Of a stretch of DNA of 64,000 bases, positions 42,310-56,554 are shown in pieces (position 1 is the stretch's first letter; every line of letters starts with the position of its first letter). Where the stretch lies: assembly GCA_951406725.2 (NCBI GenBank), contig OX597832.1:62434001-62498000 (forward strand), read 5' to 3'. The notes beneath the pieces were generated by a model. The model searched no databases. It was not told where the DNA came from and worked only from the letters and a program-made list of their open reading frames with translations. The translations under genes were made by a program, and so were the position numbers. Source of the DNA: Octopus vulgaris (lineage: Eukaryota).

Positions 42310-44170
42310 CAGTGGTGGGCACAGCTAACCAAAAAGTTAGCTTCGATAACCGCTAATTCGCTAACCAAAAAAGTTAGCTTCGCAAACGCTAAACCGCTGA
42401 ACAGACAAAACAATTAGTGGAAGCTAATGCAAAATGATAGCCACTAACTTTTATCATATGAATTTAGCTTCGGTTTGGATTTTTGGTTCTAAAACTCCTA
42501 AAAACAGACCTAAAGAGCGGAAATTTTCATGTTGTAGCTTAAACGTAGAGCTTTCCATAATAGTAAGCATGCCAACGTCAGTTCATGATCAAGGTGTACG
42601 CAAATAATTAAATGAACAAATAAAACTAAACATTAGATTTTCAGACAACATACACATAATTTACTGTACAAAAGGTATTAAATAAATCAAAACGGAATAG
42701 TGTAGCATAGGCATCATTCCAAGATCAGATGATTAACGTGTACAACACTGGCTGGGCCTGCTCCATCGCTTCGACGTGATGTTGGTTGCCGTTCATAAAC
42801 ATCAGCCTCTCGAAGCTATCACCTGACAGGGTGGCTCTCTTGGCCATTAATTATCTAACTTATAAAAAATAGGCGCTCCACTGCAGCACTGGATGGGATA
42901 GCGGTCTTATACTTGGTAAACAAGTCGATCAAGGCTTACTCACCCAAAATGGTAACTTCAGTCAGGATCTCCTTCAAGACGGCCTCCAACCAGGTCTTCA
43001 GCAAGTTCTACGCCTTGGGTTTCAGTGATGTGTGGTTCCTGCTCGCCGGGAACCGAGTGATATTGCAGAAGAAATCATCTTCTTCATCCTCATTGCTAGT
43101 AGTGCTACTGCCCTCCTCATTTGTCTCCATTAGGGCTGTCCCTACGACAGTCACCATGGCGTTCGTTACTCTACTAACCTGGCTGTTATTCTACTGCACC
43201 AGCCAGAACAGCCAAAACATGGGGTGGAAGACAGCGGCCAACTGGTACTCCAGGTCTTCTAGGAAGAGCCCAACCCTTTTCGTTATGCCTGCCTGTATCG
43301 CGTCTACAAGAGGACTGCAGTACAGGGGATGTTTGATCTTGGTCTCCTTCAACTTCATAACAGTAGCCGCTACAGTTGGCAGAAGGCTCCCGTGATAGGC
43401 CTGGAACCCCCACTTCTTATTTTATCCAAGGTCTCGGCAATATTAAACATCACCTGGGCGTACTCCGTCAGGAAGCCGACATCAGAATCAGAGAAGGTCT
43501 GCAGCTTCAGCAGTGCCATCATCCTGTGGACAGCTCCTCTGTCCTTCTTCGGCAACTTGTTGTGGACAACAACAGAGTCATAGTGAGAATTTCATCTGGT
43601 ACTCTTGGGGACAAACATCCATCTCTGCAACGCGTCCAGAATGCTGCCAGCCTCCACCGTACTGCGGCTCTGCAGATTCCACAGCCTCTGTGCCTTGAAC
43701 CTGGCCTTCCTGTAGAGTGACTTGAACGAAGCCTGTCAAGTGCGTTGTCGGCATCCACGCTGGCTACCAAGTTGAAGGTATGAGGTGCGCACTTCATGTG
43801 CACTGGTAGGTTTAGGCCCAGATGTATTCGGTATCCGCGTCCAGGTTCACACCCTCGATGCCCTCCACGTCCGGATCGGCAGTAGATTCAGGAATGTATA
43901 GCATGAGTTCAACTTCTGTACCAAACTGTATAAATGCCTTAACAGAGTTTTACCGTTGTCCGTCGTGGTCCTTATCACCAAGTCTTGCAGAAGGAACTGG
44001 GCGAGAACGTCAAAGATGTGGTGTTCTCTGAGCCGAGAGCAGGACGGCGTATTATCTCGTGCGGGACTTGGAACACAGCTAGTGTGTCGTCATCCCCAGG
44101 TAGGACGTGTTGTGGGCCGATCAACAGTCCTCGCTGATCGCCATGCAGGGGACATCCTTGAGCAAACTGT
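42310..44170 (-). mobile_element. hAT DNA transposon remnant: 3' terminus plus frameshifted transposase
   Basis: Terminus cagtggtgggcaca with gctaac/gttagc subterminal repeats. Motifs KCAPHTFNLVA (CxxH), LAAVFHP, KYKTAIPSSAAVERLF (dimerization domain) and KRATLSGDSFERLMF. The other terminus was not found. Confidence 0.88.
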
Positions 44171-44575
44171 AATTAAAAATGTTAAATTGTAGTTACATAA
44201 GCTGTAAAGTTAAAAACTTAAATATTTGTGTGGGTGTAAGTGTGCGTGTGCGTGCATATACATGCATATATATATATATATTGGTAAAAACGGTAAGATA
44301 ATAGATATATATATGATAATCAAGGTGTCTAGCAGCAGTTTGAAACCAACAAGGAAATAATTCACCACAGTCACTATATATAAACTGATGCAGAAGATTA
44401 TCAACACCTACAAAAAGAAAAGACAAAAGAAATCCTAGCCGCCCATCCGCACCTCCATGCAAGTCGCAATGGTTTTTCTAAGTACCTGGTCTGTTCAATT
44501 TTTCGCGGGTAGGAAGGAGGCAGGACATTTGATGTCAGTATCTTATAACCATATTTTGGTTCGAAATTTCCCCAA

Positions 44576-44621
44576 GACACCTGATGAAGGCTGGAGAGTA
44601 CATCAGTCGAAACGTTGTGTT
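44576..44621 (+). ncRNA. Type I minimal hammerhead ribozyme in a Penelope-like fragment (~44290-44672)
   Basis: gacac-CTGATGA-a-ggctg(gagagtacat)cagtc-GAAA-cg-TT-gtgtt, with palindromic ACGT in place of stem III. Confidence 0.78.
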
Positions 44622-45535
44622 AACAACAAGCAAGATGAAGACAGATATCCGTCAAATGTAAATAATGTAAACAGAGTCTGCAAATCTTTACAAATGGAGG
44701 CTATCTGAATATATATGTAAAATTTTAATGAATTTCTATTATTCAAAATCACAGATTTTTCTCCTCCTTGCTGAGAAGCAAGTTATGACAGATGTATTTT
44801 ATAATAACCACGAAGAAATTCAATGTTGTTTTAAGAAACATTATGCTGTATGCTTAATTACAGAAACCTACCATGAGCAAACAGTTGACGCATGTCATCA
44901 TTCGTATGTTTTACATAAATCTGTTAATCCATCAGGTCACTCCCACAGCGCTTTAAACCTGTTTCTTCGTCATAGTTTCGTGTCGTCTGCAACATGATTG
45001 CTTGGTAAATTCACATCCACGCATAAATTATTATATGTTGGATGATGAGGGTGGTTGTGGTGGTGGTGGTGGTGGTGGTGGTGGTTTGTGCGGTGGTGGA
45101 AGTGGTGACAGCGATAGTTGCGGTGTTGCCGGTGTTGCCGGTGTTGCCGGTGGTGCTGGTGTGCTGGTGTGCTGGCTCTTAGATCGGTTTCGTATGCAGG
45201 CTAAATACAGAGAAAGTTGGTGATACGCGAGTTAGCAAGAAGCTGCTAGACTCTAATGATATTTCTCGCTTGGTAAATCCGAGTGTCCTACTCAGAAATG
45301 TATAGTTTCCGTACTGTAAATAATATCATTTATAATAATCAGGAGAATGGAGATTTTTCACATCTAGAATTTTATTAAACAGTTATTTACAGCATTCTTT
45401 CGTGATTCTACGCACGTATTAATACTACACACACACACACACATACACACACACACAAACACACACACACATACACACACGCATACATACATACATACAT
45501 ACATACATACATACATACATACATACATACATACA

Positions 45536-45571
<36 letters not shown>

Positions 45572-45607
45572 TATATAAATATATATATTTACATATATAT
45601 ATATATA

Positions 45608-45780
45608 CAGGTTGAAAAAGATTAGAGATCTATAAAAATCAAATTTTTATATATAAAAGATGGAGGTGAAAATAGCACAGAAGTAAGTCCAAGAGGGAAT
45701 TTAATAAAAATGATTATAAAATGATATAAAGAAAATATTACCGGTTTCGATATATCTCATCATATCAAATATCAGTAAAG
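45608..45780 (-). mobile_element. Probable Penelope-like 3' end with degenerate hammerhead, abutting (TA)n
   Basis: Minus strand reads TGATGA-gatatatc-GAAA-ccgg-TA (~45739-45763). Stem I is poor. Confidence 0.45.
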
Positions 45781-45789
45781 AATTTATAA

Positions 45790-46995
45790 GAATTTGAAGT
45801 AAAAGTAGTTTATCTTCCATGTGGGATATATTAGCCCATGGTAGCGAAGTTGTGAAGGAATTTATTAACTGTGATCCTTTAAATCATAAGAAAGTCTTGC
45901 AGATTTTTATAGTCCTTGATATCGCGATCATTTGTAGTGCATGCCTTGCGAAGAACTCGCACCTGCAAGTGCTGCCAGTCGATAACTCCGCATACGGGAA
46001 GCCAGCAAGTGTATGGCATCATCAGGAGAGAATGCACGCCGTTACGGGGCCTACGTTTCGACGGCATCAATGTGCACCGCCTCCACCCATCTCACTGATG
46101 AGACCCCGCTTGCTAGATCAGCTGGTTATCAAATATAGCTCAATATTTCTCTAGCCATTGCTCATCGTCTCTTTTTAACCAAATCCAGTGGCTAGCCTTC
46201 TCCACTGTAGTTTGGATATCGATTATGGTGGTATTTACCTAACGATAACAACAGTCGTCTCATACTGTGTCCAACAAACCCTCTACATCCGACTTCGATT
46301 GGAAAATACTCCGCTTTCCAGCCTGCGTCTTGACACTCCTCAAGGAGGTTTACATAACTGTCAATCTTTCAAGCCCGAACGGCGTCTATGTTATTTTCAT
46401 GAGGAACCGTTAATTCGACTAGATTTACAACTTTCTTTCCTTCACATCACATTAAAATGTCCGATTTTTTCGTTACTAGGATGGGAATGAGTCCCTGGCA
46501 CCCCGGTAAATCTGCAGTCACCTCCCAATAGCCGTTCCACTTTTCATCTCTCACAGGAAGTTTCTTGGTCTTCTTGAAACGGATCCGCTGACCTGAGCGC
46601 ACGAAGGTGATGAAATCTCTAGTTGGCACTTACAACGAGTTTTTCTCACTGATGCTGAGATCAATTTGGATCTTAATAGAATTGAAGATAACCTTAAGGA
46701 CCAGGTTGTGTCTCCATGTATACCTGTTCAATGCTAATGAACAGCTGGAAAGAATACGTTTCAGTATTCCGATCTTTCCGCATTTGTATATGTCCTTGAT
46801 ATCGCGATCATTTGTAGTGTGAGTGTATGAATGAAGAATTTGTATTCTTTCCCCCCAACGTCCCAAGTTGAGGCATACTTTGCTGCAAATGGATTTAGGG
46901 AAAACCCTGTTGCACCAATAATAACAGGTGTGAAGATGAATGTATATCTTGGGAAATGGATTTGCAAACTCCTTATAAAAGTTCATAGATGTCGT
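45790..46995 (-). mobile_element. R4-like RLE LINE 3' fragment, host of a nested insertion
   Basis: QIHFPRYTFIFTPVIIGATGF...FIHTL.LQMIAISRT on the right resumes as IKICKTF left of 45912. Confidence 0.7.
45940..46791 (-). mobile_element. HERO-like RLE LINE 3' fragment with 28-bp target-site duplication
   Basis: CGKIGILKRILSSCSLALNRYTWRHNLVL...WEVTADL...SDILM...LVELTVPHENNI...ECQDAGWKAEYFPIEVGCRGFVG...KASHWIWLKRDD. The direct repeat 45912-45939 equals 46792-46819. Confidence 0.85.
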
Positions 46996-47109
46996 CTTTC
47001 TCTTACATGTATGTTTATATGTATGTCTGTACGTATGTATGTATGCATGCCATTATTCAGTTTTATTTCAAGATTTCTTGTCAAGATAGAATGGGCTGGT
47101 TTCTAATCA

Positions 47110-47570
47110 AGATCCAAAGCTCGTTCCGTGTTTGTTGGACACCCGGCGGGATGAAAAACAAAACCCGTCAAAGGGCGGAGGAACTCTTGAGAGTCAACGG
47201 TAATCCAATAAATATCTTAAGGCTGTATCATGCGCGGGACATAGAAATAATAGGACTGAATACCCGATTGCGCGGTTAAACCATTGGGAGTGAAGGACTC
47301 CTAGCCTATGTTAGGGCATCCTTCTAGGAGAAGGTAACTCAGGTAACTGGGATAACTCCAACATAAAATCTGCGGGTTAGTGGTTACCGATGATGTTAAC
47401 TTGTTCTTCTTTTCGGATTATGGCTGCTGTTGCTTAGTGAGTGAGATTGACTCAGTGCACAGCCTTTCCTCACTTTAAAAAAATGTTCTTGCACAGGCAT
47501 TGCACAATAACAACATTGATTAAGTTTCGTGCAATGGCCATACTCGATAACGAGGGGGCAGCCACCATGT
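47110..47570 (+). repeat. Unclassified GC-richer interspersed repeat, possibly an RTE-type LINE 5' UTR
   Basis: gggcatccttctaggagaaggtaactc resembles RTE 5' UTR sequence from memory. No coding support. Confidence 0.3.
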
Positions 47571-48023
47571 ATGGCTAGACAAGCATTTATACATTGTCGA
47601 TCACTTTGCTTAAGTTACTAGCAACGTGCTAGTGAGTCAGTCACATTAAGAAAAGAAGTCTATAACGAGCCTGGGATATCATATATAATTAAAATTAGAC
47701 TAGCCAGATCAATTCAAGCAGCAACATTGCACAAAATAACAAAACGAATGTACTTGCAGCCTGCACACAGCTACATATAGGGGTGCAGTATATATGTATT
47801 CATGTATGTATGTATATATGTATGCATGTATGTATATATGTATAAATATATATATATTGGAAAATGAGTGAAATACTTGGTATATTTGAAGAAGGAAAAG
47901 AATTACTTCACTGATAGTTCCAATCAATTTAATCTTATCATAAGACAATTTAACAGTCTGATTTGTTAGAACTAGCAGTGAAGTCATACTCTTCTTTAGT
48001 CAAATGTATATCTATCTATCTAA

Positions 48024-48073
<50 letters not shown>

Positions 48074-48140
48074 CTCTATCTATCTATCTATATATATATA
48101 TATCTATCTATCTATCTATCTATCTATATCTCTCTCTCTA

Positions 48141-48210
<70 letters not shown>

Positions 48211-48332
48211 TGTATATATATGTATGTATCTATATATATATACACTTCTATAAGCATATATACGTATATACACACATGTATCTCCGCATTAACACTCAAA
48301 AATATACACACACATACATATATATTTAAATG

Positions 48333-48390
<58 letters not shown>

Positions 48391-48808
48391 TGTGGCGGGT
48401 TGCGTAGGTGAGTGGGTAGGAATAGTCTGTGTCTATATGCGTATATTTATTCCTCATCATGCATTTCTGATTCACTCCGAAAATGATTCATAATCTCTCA
48501 AAAAAAATAAAACTACGAATATTAGAATGCGATGCAACTTGTCTGTATGTGTGTATGTATGTGTATGTGTATGCGCGTGAGCGCGTGTACAGAAAATTTC
48601 TCTTCTCATTTTTTTTATTCAATTTCTATCTTCCTAGTTTTCGTCGCAATGCATTATGGACCGCCTACCTCTTCTCTTAGGTGTCATTTGGCTGTGCTTC
48701 ATATTTTTTATACACAACATACATATGCAAATGCATATCACTGAAATATATATATGTGTGTGTGTAAGTGTATATTTATATGTGTGTATACACATATATA
48801 CGTATATA

Positions 48809-48867
<59 letters not shown>

Positions 48868-48919
48868 ATGTGTGTGTATGCATATATGTATATATGTATA
48901 CATATATATATATATACAC

Positions 48920-48989
<70 letters not shown>

Positions 48990-49304
48990 GTGTGTATATA
49001 TATATATATATTAATAAACGTGGAGTTTGTATTCGAAATATGTCGACCCGAAAGTGACAGCTGGTTTATTACAATTTTCTCACACATTTTCCCGATCGGA
49101 CAAAATTGATGAATATTTAATTAATAAGAACTCGAAGTTCCTAAAAGTGATTGAAAATGTCGAAAAGAACAGCTGTTTCCCTTATTCGCTTTCTTCGACT
49201 TCCATGTGGCCATCCATACTTTTTTGTGTATACACACACACACACATACATATATATATACGTACACACATGCACACAGGCATTATATATGTATGTGCGT
49301 GAGC

Positions 49305-49346
<42 letters not shown>

Positions 49347-50310
49347 GTATGTCTTAATATAGTTATACATTATTATTTTTAACACGTTCATCGTCATCAT
49401 CAGTTTCTCTCTCATTCGTCATTATTTATATCAGCATCATCATCATCATCATCATCAACAGCATCTCTGTAATTTTCGTCTGTATGCTATTCTAGTTATT
49501 TAAAAAAATTTTTTTTTGTAGTTTTAATTCTATTTTATTTTCATTTATTAATTGTATTTTCTACTTCTGATTCACAGGTTGTTAACTGAATTAAAAACGG
49601 ACAAAGCCATGCTTTAGCTCTCTCTGTGTATCTCTCCCCCGCTCTCTCTCAATTTCTTTGTTTCCTTTCTCTTTTTCTTTTTTTTCTTTTTTTTTTTGGT
49701 ATTTCCTTCTTTGAAATATCCTCTTCATATTCTTCTTTCCATTTATGAAATATTTAAGAAAAGCGGGAATTACTCAATCTTTGTGATATTTCTGTCGCCT
49801 TTTCAGCATAAGACGAAGGAATATTCTAAAAATAATCGTAAATAGCTAAATAAGAATCTTTGCAGTCTCTACCGTATATACTTTCGTCTGATGTGTAGTG
49901 TTCCATTAATGGTAAACCTTGCTCTCATTCAGGTCCTACCAGACAGGTTCAATTTCCTTATGTATCGTAGCACAAGGTTAATTTATACATATAAAACAAT
50001 AACTAATATTCCAAAACCATTCCTACGTTGTTCTTCCTTCATCTTCTGAATGGGTAGTGAATGATAACCAATTTCTTGATCCCTTCAATTAGGTTTCAAT
50101 TTTAGGGACATGGTCAGCATTTAGGAGACAAAGATTAAGTTGATCATATTGTTCCTAGTGTTCAACAGATATTATTTTATCGATCCAAAATAATGACAGG
50201 TAAAATCAAGCGTCGAGGTGATCGAACTCAGACGTGTTTTGCTGCAGAACGCAATGCACTACATCCTCCTGGAATCGACACCATGGTCTTTTTTCTTTTC
50301 TTCTCTAGGC

Positions 50311-51536
50311 ACAAGGTCCGAAATTTTGGGGAGAAGGCCAGTCGATTAGAACGACCCAAGTATGAAACTGGTACTTTATTTATCAACCCTGAAAGGATGA
50401 ATTTGATCTCGTAACATAGCGGCAGACGAAATACCTATTTCTTTACTACCCACAAGGAACTAAACACAGAGAGGAAAAACAAGGACAGAGAAACGGATTA
50501 AGTCGATTATATCGACCCCAGTGCGTAACTGGTACTTATTTAATCTACCCGAAAAGAATGAAAGGCGAAGTCGACCTCGGCGGAATTTGAACTCATAACG
50601 TAGCGGTAGACGAAATACCTATTTCTTTACTACCCACAAGGTGCTAAACACAGAGAGGACAAACAAGGACAGACAAACGGATTAAGTCGATTATATCGAC
50701 CCCAGTGCGTAACTGGTATTTATTTAATCGACCCCGAAAGGATGATAGGCAAAGGCGACCTCGGCGGAATTGAACTCAGAACGTAACAGCAGACGAAATA
50801 TGGCTACGCATTTCGCCCGGCGTGCTAACGTTTCTTATTTCTTTACTGCCCACAAGGGGCTAAACATAGAGGAGATAAGCAAAGACAGACAAATAAATTA
50901 AGTCGATTACATTGACCCCAGTGCGTACTTGGTGCTTAATTTATCGACTCCGAAAGGATGAATGTCAAAGTCGACCTCGGCGGAATTTCAACTCGGAACG
51001 TAGCGGCAGACGAAATGCCTATTTCTTTACTACTCACAAGGGGCTAAACGCAGAAGGGATAAACAAGGACAGAAAAACGGATTAAGTCGACCTCGGCGGA
51101 ATTTGAACTCAGAACGTAACAGCAGACGAAATACGACTACACATTTCGCCCGGCGTGCTAAAGTTTCTGCCAAGCTCGCCGCCTTCCATATTTCTTTACT
51201 ACCCACAAAGTGCTAAACACAGAGGGGACAAACAAGGACAGACAAACTGATTAAGTCGATTACATCTTCCCAAGTGCATAACTGGTACTTACTTTATCGA
51301 CCCCGAAAGGATGAAAGGCAAAGTTGACCTCGGCGGAATTTGAACTCGGAACGTAGCGACAGACGAAATAGATATTTCTTTACTACCCGTAGGGGGCTAA
51401 ACACAGAAGGGGCAAACAAGGACAGACAAACGGATTAAGTCGATTATATCGACCCTAGTGCGTAACTGGTACTTAATTTATTGACCCCGAAAGGATGAAA
51501 GGCTAAGCATTTCGCCCGGCGTGCTAACGTTTCTGC
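50311..51536 (-). repeat. Head-to-tail array of about seven SINE family A/A2 units (~170-215 bp each)
   Basis: The marker tatttctttact.cccacaag recurs at about 50437, 50620, 50836, 51020, 51190 and 51373. Confidence 0.92.
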
Positions 51537-51944
51537 ATGCACACTGCCTTCGACACAACGGTCTTGCGATAGTGAGAGAAACGCTCTAACTACTAGACTA
51601 CTAATATCACAGACCTCTAAAAACCACGGGATTAATATTTTCCCTAGCAAGAGGCCACAGAAAATGCAATGGTGACTAGAAGAGTATCGTACAAGAGCGT
51701 TGCTTTAAGGAAAGTACAGTAGGGTTTAACAAATTCTCCCGCTACGGTTGCTCTGCCAACTACTTAAACATGAGTCTATGACTATTCTATACGAAATAAT
51801 CAACAAAGATGATTTTGAATTCTCTTACATCTGCGGCGAAGTGTGTTATTAAGCTACGTACTCTGTGTATACACTTAAATGGTTTTTATATATACACGTT
51901 ATACACGCATATACACACCACAGATTCATATAAAGACATACATA

Positions 51945-52100
51945 CACCGAACCTGCTAAGATAATCTAGGACTTGACTGAGGATAGGAAGCTTCGAATGA
52001 CCCGTCTTGGTTTTATCCTGTTCTTTTTGTATCCTCTAACTGTCCTGATGTTTTGTTGTCACCTGTTACGTTCTTGTGGCATTTTTTGTTTTCTTTGACA
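51945..52100 (+). mobile_element. Repeat ending in (TA)n, homologous to 21390-21662
   Basis: Alignment by eye. Contains CTGAGGA...GAAtgacccGTC. Confidence 0.6.
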
Positions 52101-52147
52101 TATATATATAAGTGTATATATATATATATGCATGTATGCATGTGTGC

Positions 52148-52193
<46 letters not shown>

Positions 52194-53134
52194 GCACACA
52201 TATATATAGTGAGAGAGAGAGACATACACACATAGACAGTTAGATAGATAGAGAGAGAGAGAAGTAGAGAGATACATACATGCATACATACACACATATA
52301 TAACTGCTTATATATATATATATACATGTGGTGCCGTTGTGTTCGTCATGGCCTGGGCCGATACTGGCCGAAACCGTTCTAAGTTATCTAAGTTATACAT
52401 ACATACATGTATGAATGTGTTTATGTATATCAATGTATCATATATCGTATATCATATATCGATACATACAGATTACGAAACGGCTGTAAACACATGGACG
52501 AACTACTTCTTTTACATGTCACTTCTACTGAATTCTATATTAATTGTTCTTCACCAGAGTGATTACTTGATTTTCAGACACACGATCAAAATAGATTTCA
52601 TGAACTTATCTACTGAATTACTTGAGAGCCGCTCCCCTGCAGAGTACTTAGTATGACCCCATTCGATTCTTTTCATCCCTATTATTCCTATTTTGTGTGT
52701 GTATATAAATACACACACACATATATATTATATATTTATGTAGATATATTTATATATATATATAATGTATATAGGTATATGTAAATGATACATAAATATA
52801 TATGTTTTATATGGGTACGTGTATATGTGAGTCAGTGTACCCGTCTATATGGCTTTAGAATCATAAACGACGGCAAATTACAATGCCTTCCGAAGAGAAA
52901 TTAAACCAGACCAGCCGTCTCATCGGACTTCATAAAAAAACATAATAGAGAAAGTCCTCCCTAATTTGTAATCGATTAAGGAGATTTCAATCATCAATAT
53001 CCGAACCCTTTTATTATGAAAATATCTTTAACACGTATTGGAAACAAAACAACACAAATACAAAAACCCCAAGAAAGCTTAGCACCACTCTCTTCAAGCT
53101 ACAAATCACACACATACACACATGCGCATATATA

Positions 53135-53170
<36 letters not shown>

Positions 53171-53332
53171 CATAGATACATATGTATATAAATGCAGACA
53201 CGTATATAGATAAAGTATATACGTATACGTTTATTGCCATTTTTATATATACGTAAAAAATTGTATACTTATATATGCATACATTTATGTATATACATAG
53301 ATATGAACTTATCTATCTGCATATGTCTATAT

Positions 53333-53437
<105 letters not shown>

Positions 53438-53463
53438 CATGCATATATATATATCTATATCTA

Positions 53464-53514
<51 letters not shown>

Positions 53515-54065
53515 GTGTATATTTATGGACACTTTCAAAGGTCCAACAAAATTGAACCGGAATGAAAGCAAATTGTCATATAATGCCATTTGATAATGGC
53601 GGAAATATCGTCTTTCGATTTTCCCAGTATATTTTTTATAGACCTTTTTTTGTTGTATTTTATTTACTTATATATTATTTCTTTCTTTTATTGTTGTTTT
53701 GTTATTGTTTTGTTTCTAAGTCTCTTATGAATAACACATTTCCACATCAAAGTAACCTGATAAAATAGACGAGTGGGTGCGTTTTGTCTGGACCAACGAA
53801 CAGACAGTAAAGACAATAAAAAAATAATGAAAACAATACAGAACAAACAAACAAACAAGCACACAAATAGACCCTACCAAAAAAAAAAAGAAACAAACTG
53901 TTTCTTTTGTTTACGTTGTGTGGTTTACACAGAATACGAGTGAACCATTACCTAGACATTTTTAGAGATCATATGATATGCGTATGAATGTGCGTGTGTG
54001 TTTGTATGTGTTTGTGTGTGTACGTATGTGTGTGCGTGTGTGTGTGTGTCTAGACATCCACGAGA

Positions 54066-54099
<34 letters not shown>

Positions 54100-54136
54100 G
54101 CGCGCGTATGTTAGTGTATATGTATCCGTATATCTG

Positions 54137-54187
<51 letters not shown>

Positions 54188-54337
54188 CATACCGATGTTT
54201 CACTGCTTATATATATATATATATATATATATACCTATATTTATGTTCGTATATATATTGAAACAATTTACGTATGTATGTGTGTGTGTGCATACATATA
54301 TATATATGTATGTATATGTATATGTATATATGTTTGT

Positions 54338-54386
<49 letters not shown>

Positions 54387-54456
54387 CAATATGTATATAT
54401 GTATATGTATTATATGGGCCTATAATAATGATAGATAGATAGACAGACAGACAGAC

Positions 54457-54509
<53 letters not shown>

Positions 54510-54551
54510 CTTAGACAGAGAAACACAATGACAGAAAGGGAGAGATAAATC

Positions 54552-54596
<45 letters not shown>

Positions 54597-55482
54597 TGAG
54601 AGAGACGGGCTGAGGACGAAACCAAGAAAGCAAAATATATTGCTGAATTTGACTTGTTTAAGACTCGCCTGTTTGTACTAAACGAATTAAAATTCATGAA
54701 TTTTATTAAACTTCGAATTCCGGCCAACGCTTTTATTGCCTTATAACTAACTTCTCTTTCAATATTACTAAACGTTACTGACATATTATTTTATGTATAA
54801 AAATTTATATGAAATATTTACGAAAACTGATCTCTGCCTTTTCTCGTCTGGAAAGGAAATCATTACTTCACTTCTAACGAAATCGTAAAATTATAAGAGA
54901 TAAAGGTTCGAAGAAATATTGTGTAGGGCATTGGTGCTTAACCTTGTTTCTTTTTTTTTTTTTCCTTTCTTCTTTTCTTTTGTACCGCTTTTTATACAAA
55001 TTTTACTCTACTGGCTTTCCATAGCCATTCGACGTTCACAAAAGACCGCTATTGCAATTTTATAATTAAACATTATCAGGAACTGTATAAAAATTGTAAA
55101 AAGGTTTTGCATATTGCAGAAATATAACCAATGAATAAGCAGATAAACCTTAACAATAAAATTTTAGATGGAGCCTCAAGGTTCATGTTGATTGCAGTTG
55201 GAAATTGTTTGGTTGGAGGTCTCATAGATTCTTAAATTTTTGTGAACCTTTAAACAATAATTTTTCTGTTGTGGGCAAGTAAAAGACTAAAGTCCGCCAA
55301 GATTACGGTCAGAGGGAGATAGAGATAGAGAGAGAGAGAGAGAGAGAGGCAAAACTTCGTGAAATAAAATGTTTTGTGCCACAAGCTGTAGTGCTTCGTT
55401 TTATTTTGAGCAGACGACTGGACTCATACCCACACACAACCACACACATGCATGCACATATATATATATACATATGTATATG

Positions 55483-55515
<33 letters not shown>

Positions 55516-55552
55516 ATGTGAGTGTGTGTGTGTGTCTATGTATATGTATGTA

Positions 55553-55598
<46 letters not shown>

Positions 55599-56393
55599 AT
55601 TGAGAAAGAAGATGGAGAAACTGACGTATAGACATATTCAAATTCAATTCTTTACATCAAATTCCTTGCTCCTAAAGTTGTTTTCCGGCCCAATTAATTC
55701 GATTTGAGGAATAAAATTAAATTAAATTAATTCAAATTTTCATATCGAATATCGTTAATTGGTTATTTCTTCAGGGGAAGAATTCGATAAAAATAAAGGA
55801 ATTACACTCAATGTTTGTTGACCCTTAATTGACTTAGGTATCTTGGATGCTGTCATCCCTTTAAGAGGGTTTTATATCCTTGATTCTATTGTGTATATAC
55901 ACACTCATAGACACACATATACATGTGTGTGTGTGTTTATGTGTGTGTGCATGCGAGTATTTGCTGTTCGAAGGTCAACCAAAATTCTTATGCATGTAGT
56001 TTAAACCTCCCTTTACGGCAAACATCGATTCATTTCATGAAGTCAAATACACTGTGCAGGACTGTGAAATTTAAGTGTTCGTTTGTTAATACCTGTGTAT
56101 GTGTCTCTATATTTCTCTATGTATGTATGTAGCTATGTATGAATGTATGTATGTGTGCGTGTATGTATGAAAGCACGTGTCAGCCCGTTTGTATCTTTAT
56201 ATTTTGGGCCACCTCAAAAGTGCACAGCGAAAGAAGGACAACTTACACCGCAATATTTCAAAATGCAATCTCTGTATACGGACATGACTGAGAGAGAGGG
56301 GGGATACATATATACAAGTATTATATATATATATGTGTGTGTATGTATATTTATATGTGTGTATATATATATATGTGTGTGTGTGTATTTATA

Positions 56394-56430
<37 letters not shown>

Positions 56431-56433
<3 letters not shown>

Positions 56434-56551
56434 CCATGACAGATCGCTAGCCACCACACATTCTTTTATCTCCTTCTTTCTTTCTGTGTTCCTGTCTGTG
56501 GAAGAGCGTAGGCTCGAAACGTTAAATACTTTTTCACTTCCCGAGCGTTAT
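56431..56551 (+). mobile_element. CUGUNGA hammerhead family fragment (motif 56496-56525)
   Basis: CTGTGGA-a-gagc(gtag)gctc-GAAA-cg-TT-aaata...ttcccgagcg. Confidence 0.62.
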
Positions 56552-56554
56552 ACT

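Noticed and set aside
42913-43720. Long plus-strand ORFs in the GC-rich block as a host gene
   Set aside because: They are antisense shadows of the minus-strand hAT transposase.
45002-45223. Gly/Ala/Val-rich ORF
   Set aside because: Explained by (GGT)n and (GGTGTTGCC)n simple repeats.
50311-51536. Regularly recurring repeats resembling a CRISPR array
   Set aside because: Whole units are homologous SINE sequence with no unique spacers, there are no cas genes, and the context is eukaryotic.
52335-52385. ggcc...ggcc-GAAAccgttc, 3' half of a hammerhead; similar half-motif at 1430-1450
   Set aside because: No CUGANGA box or stem I.
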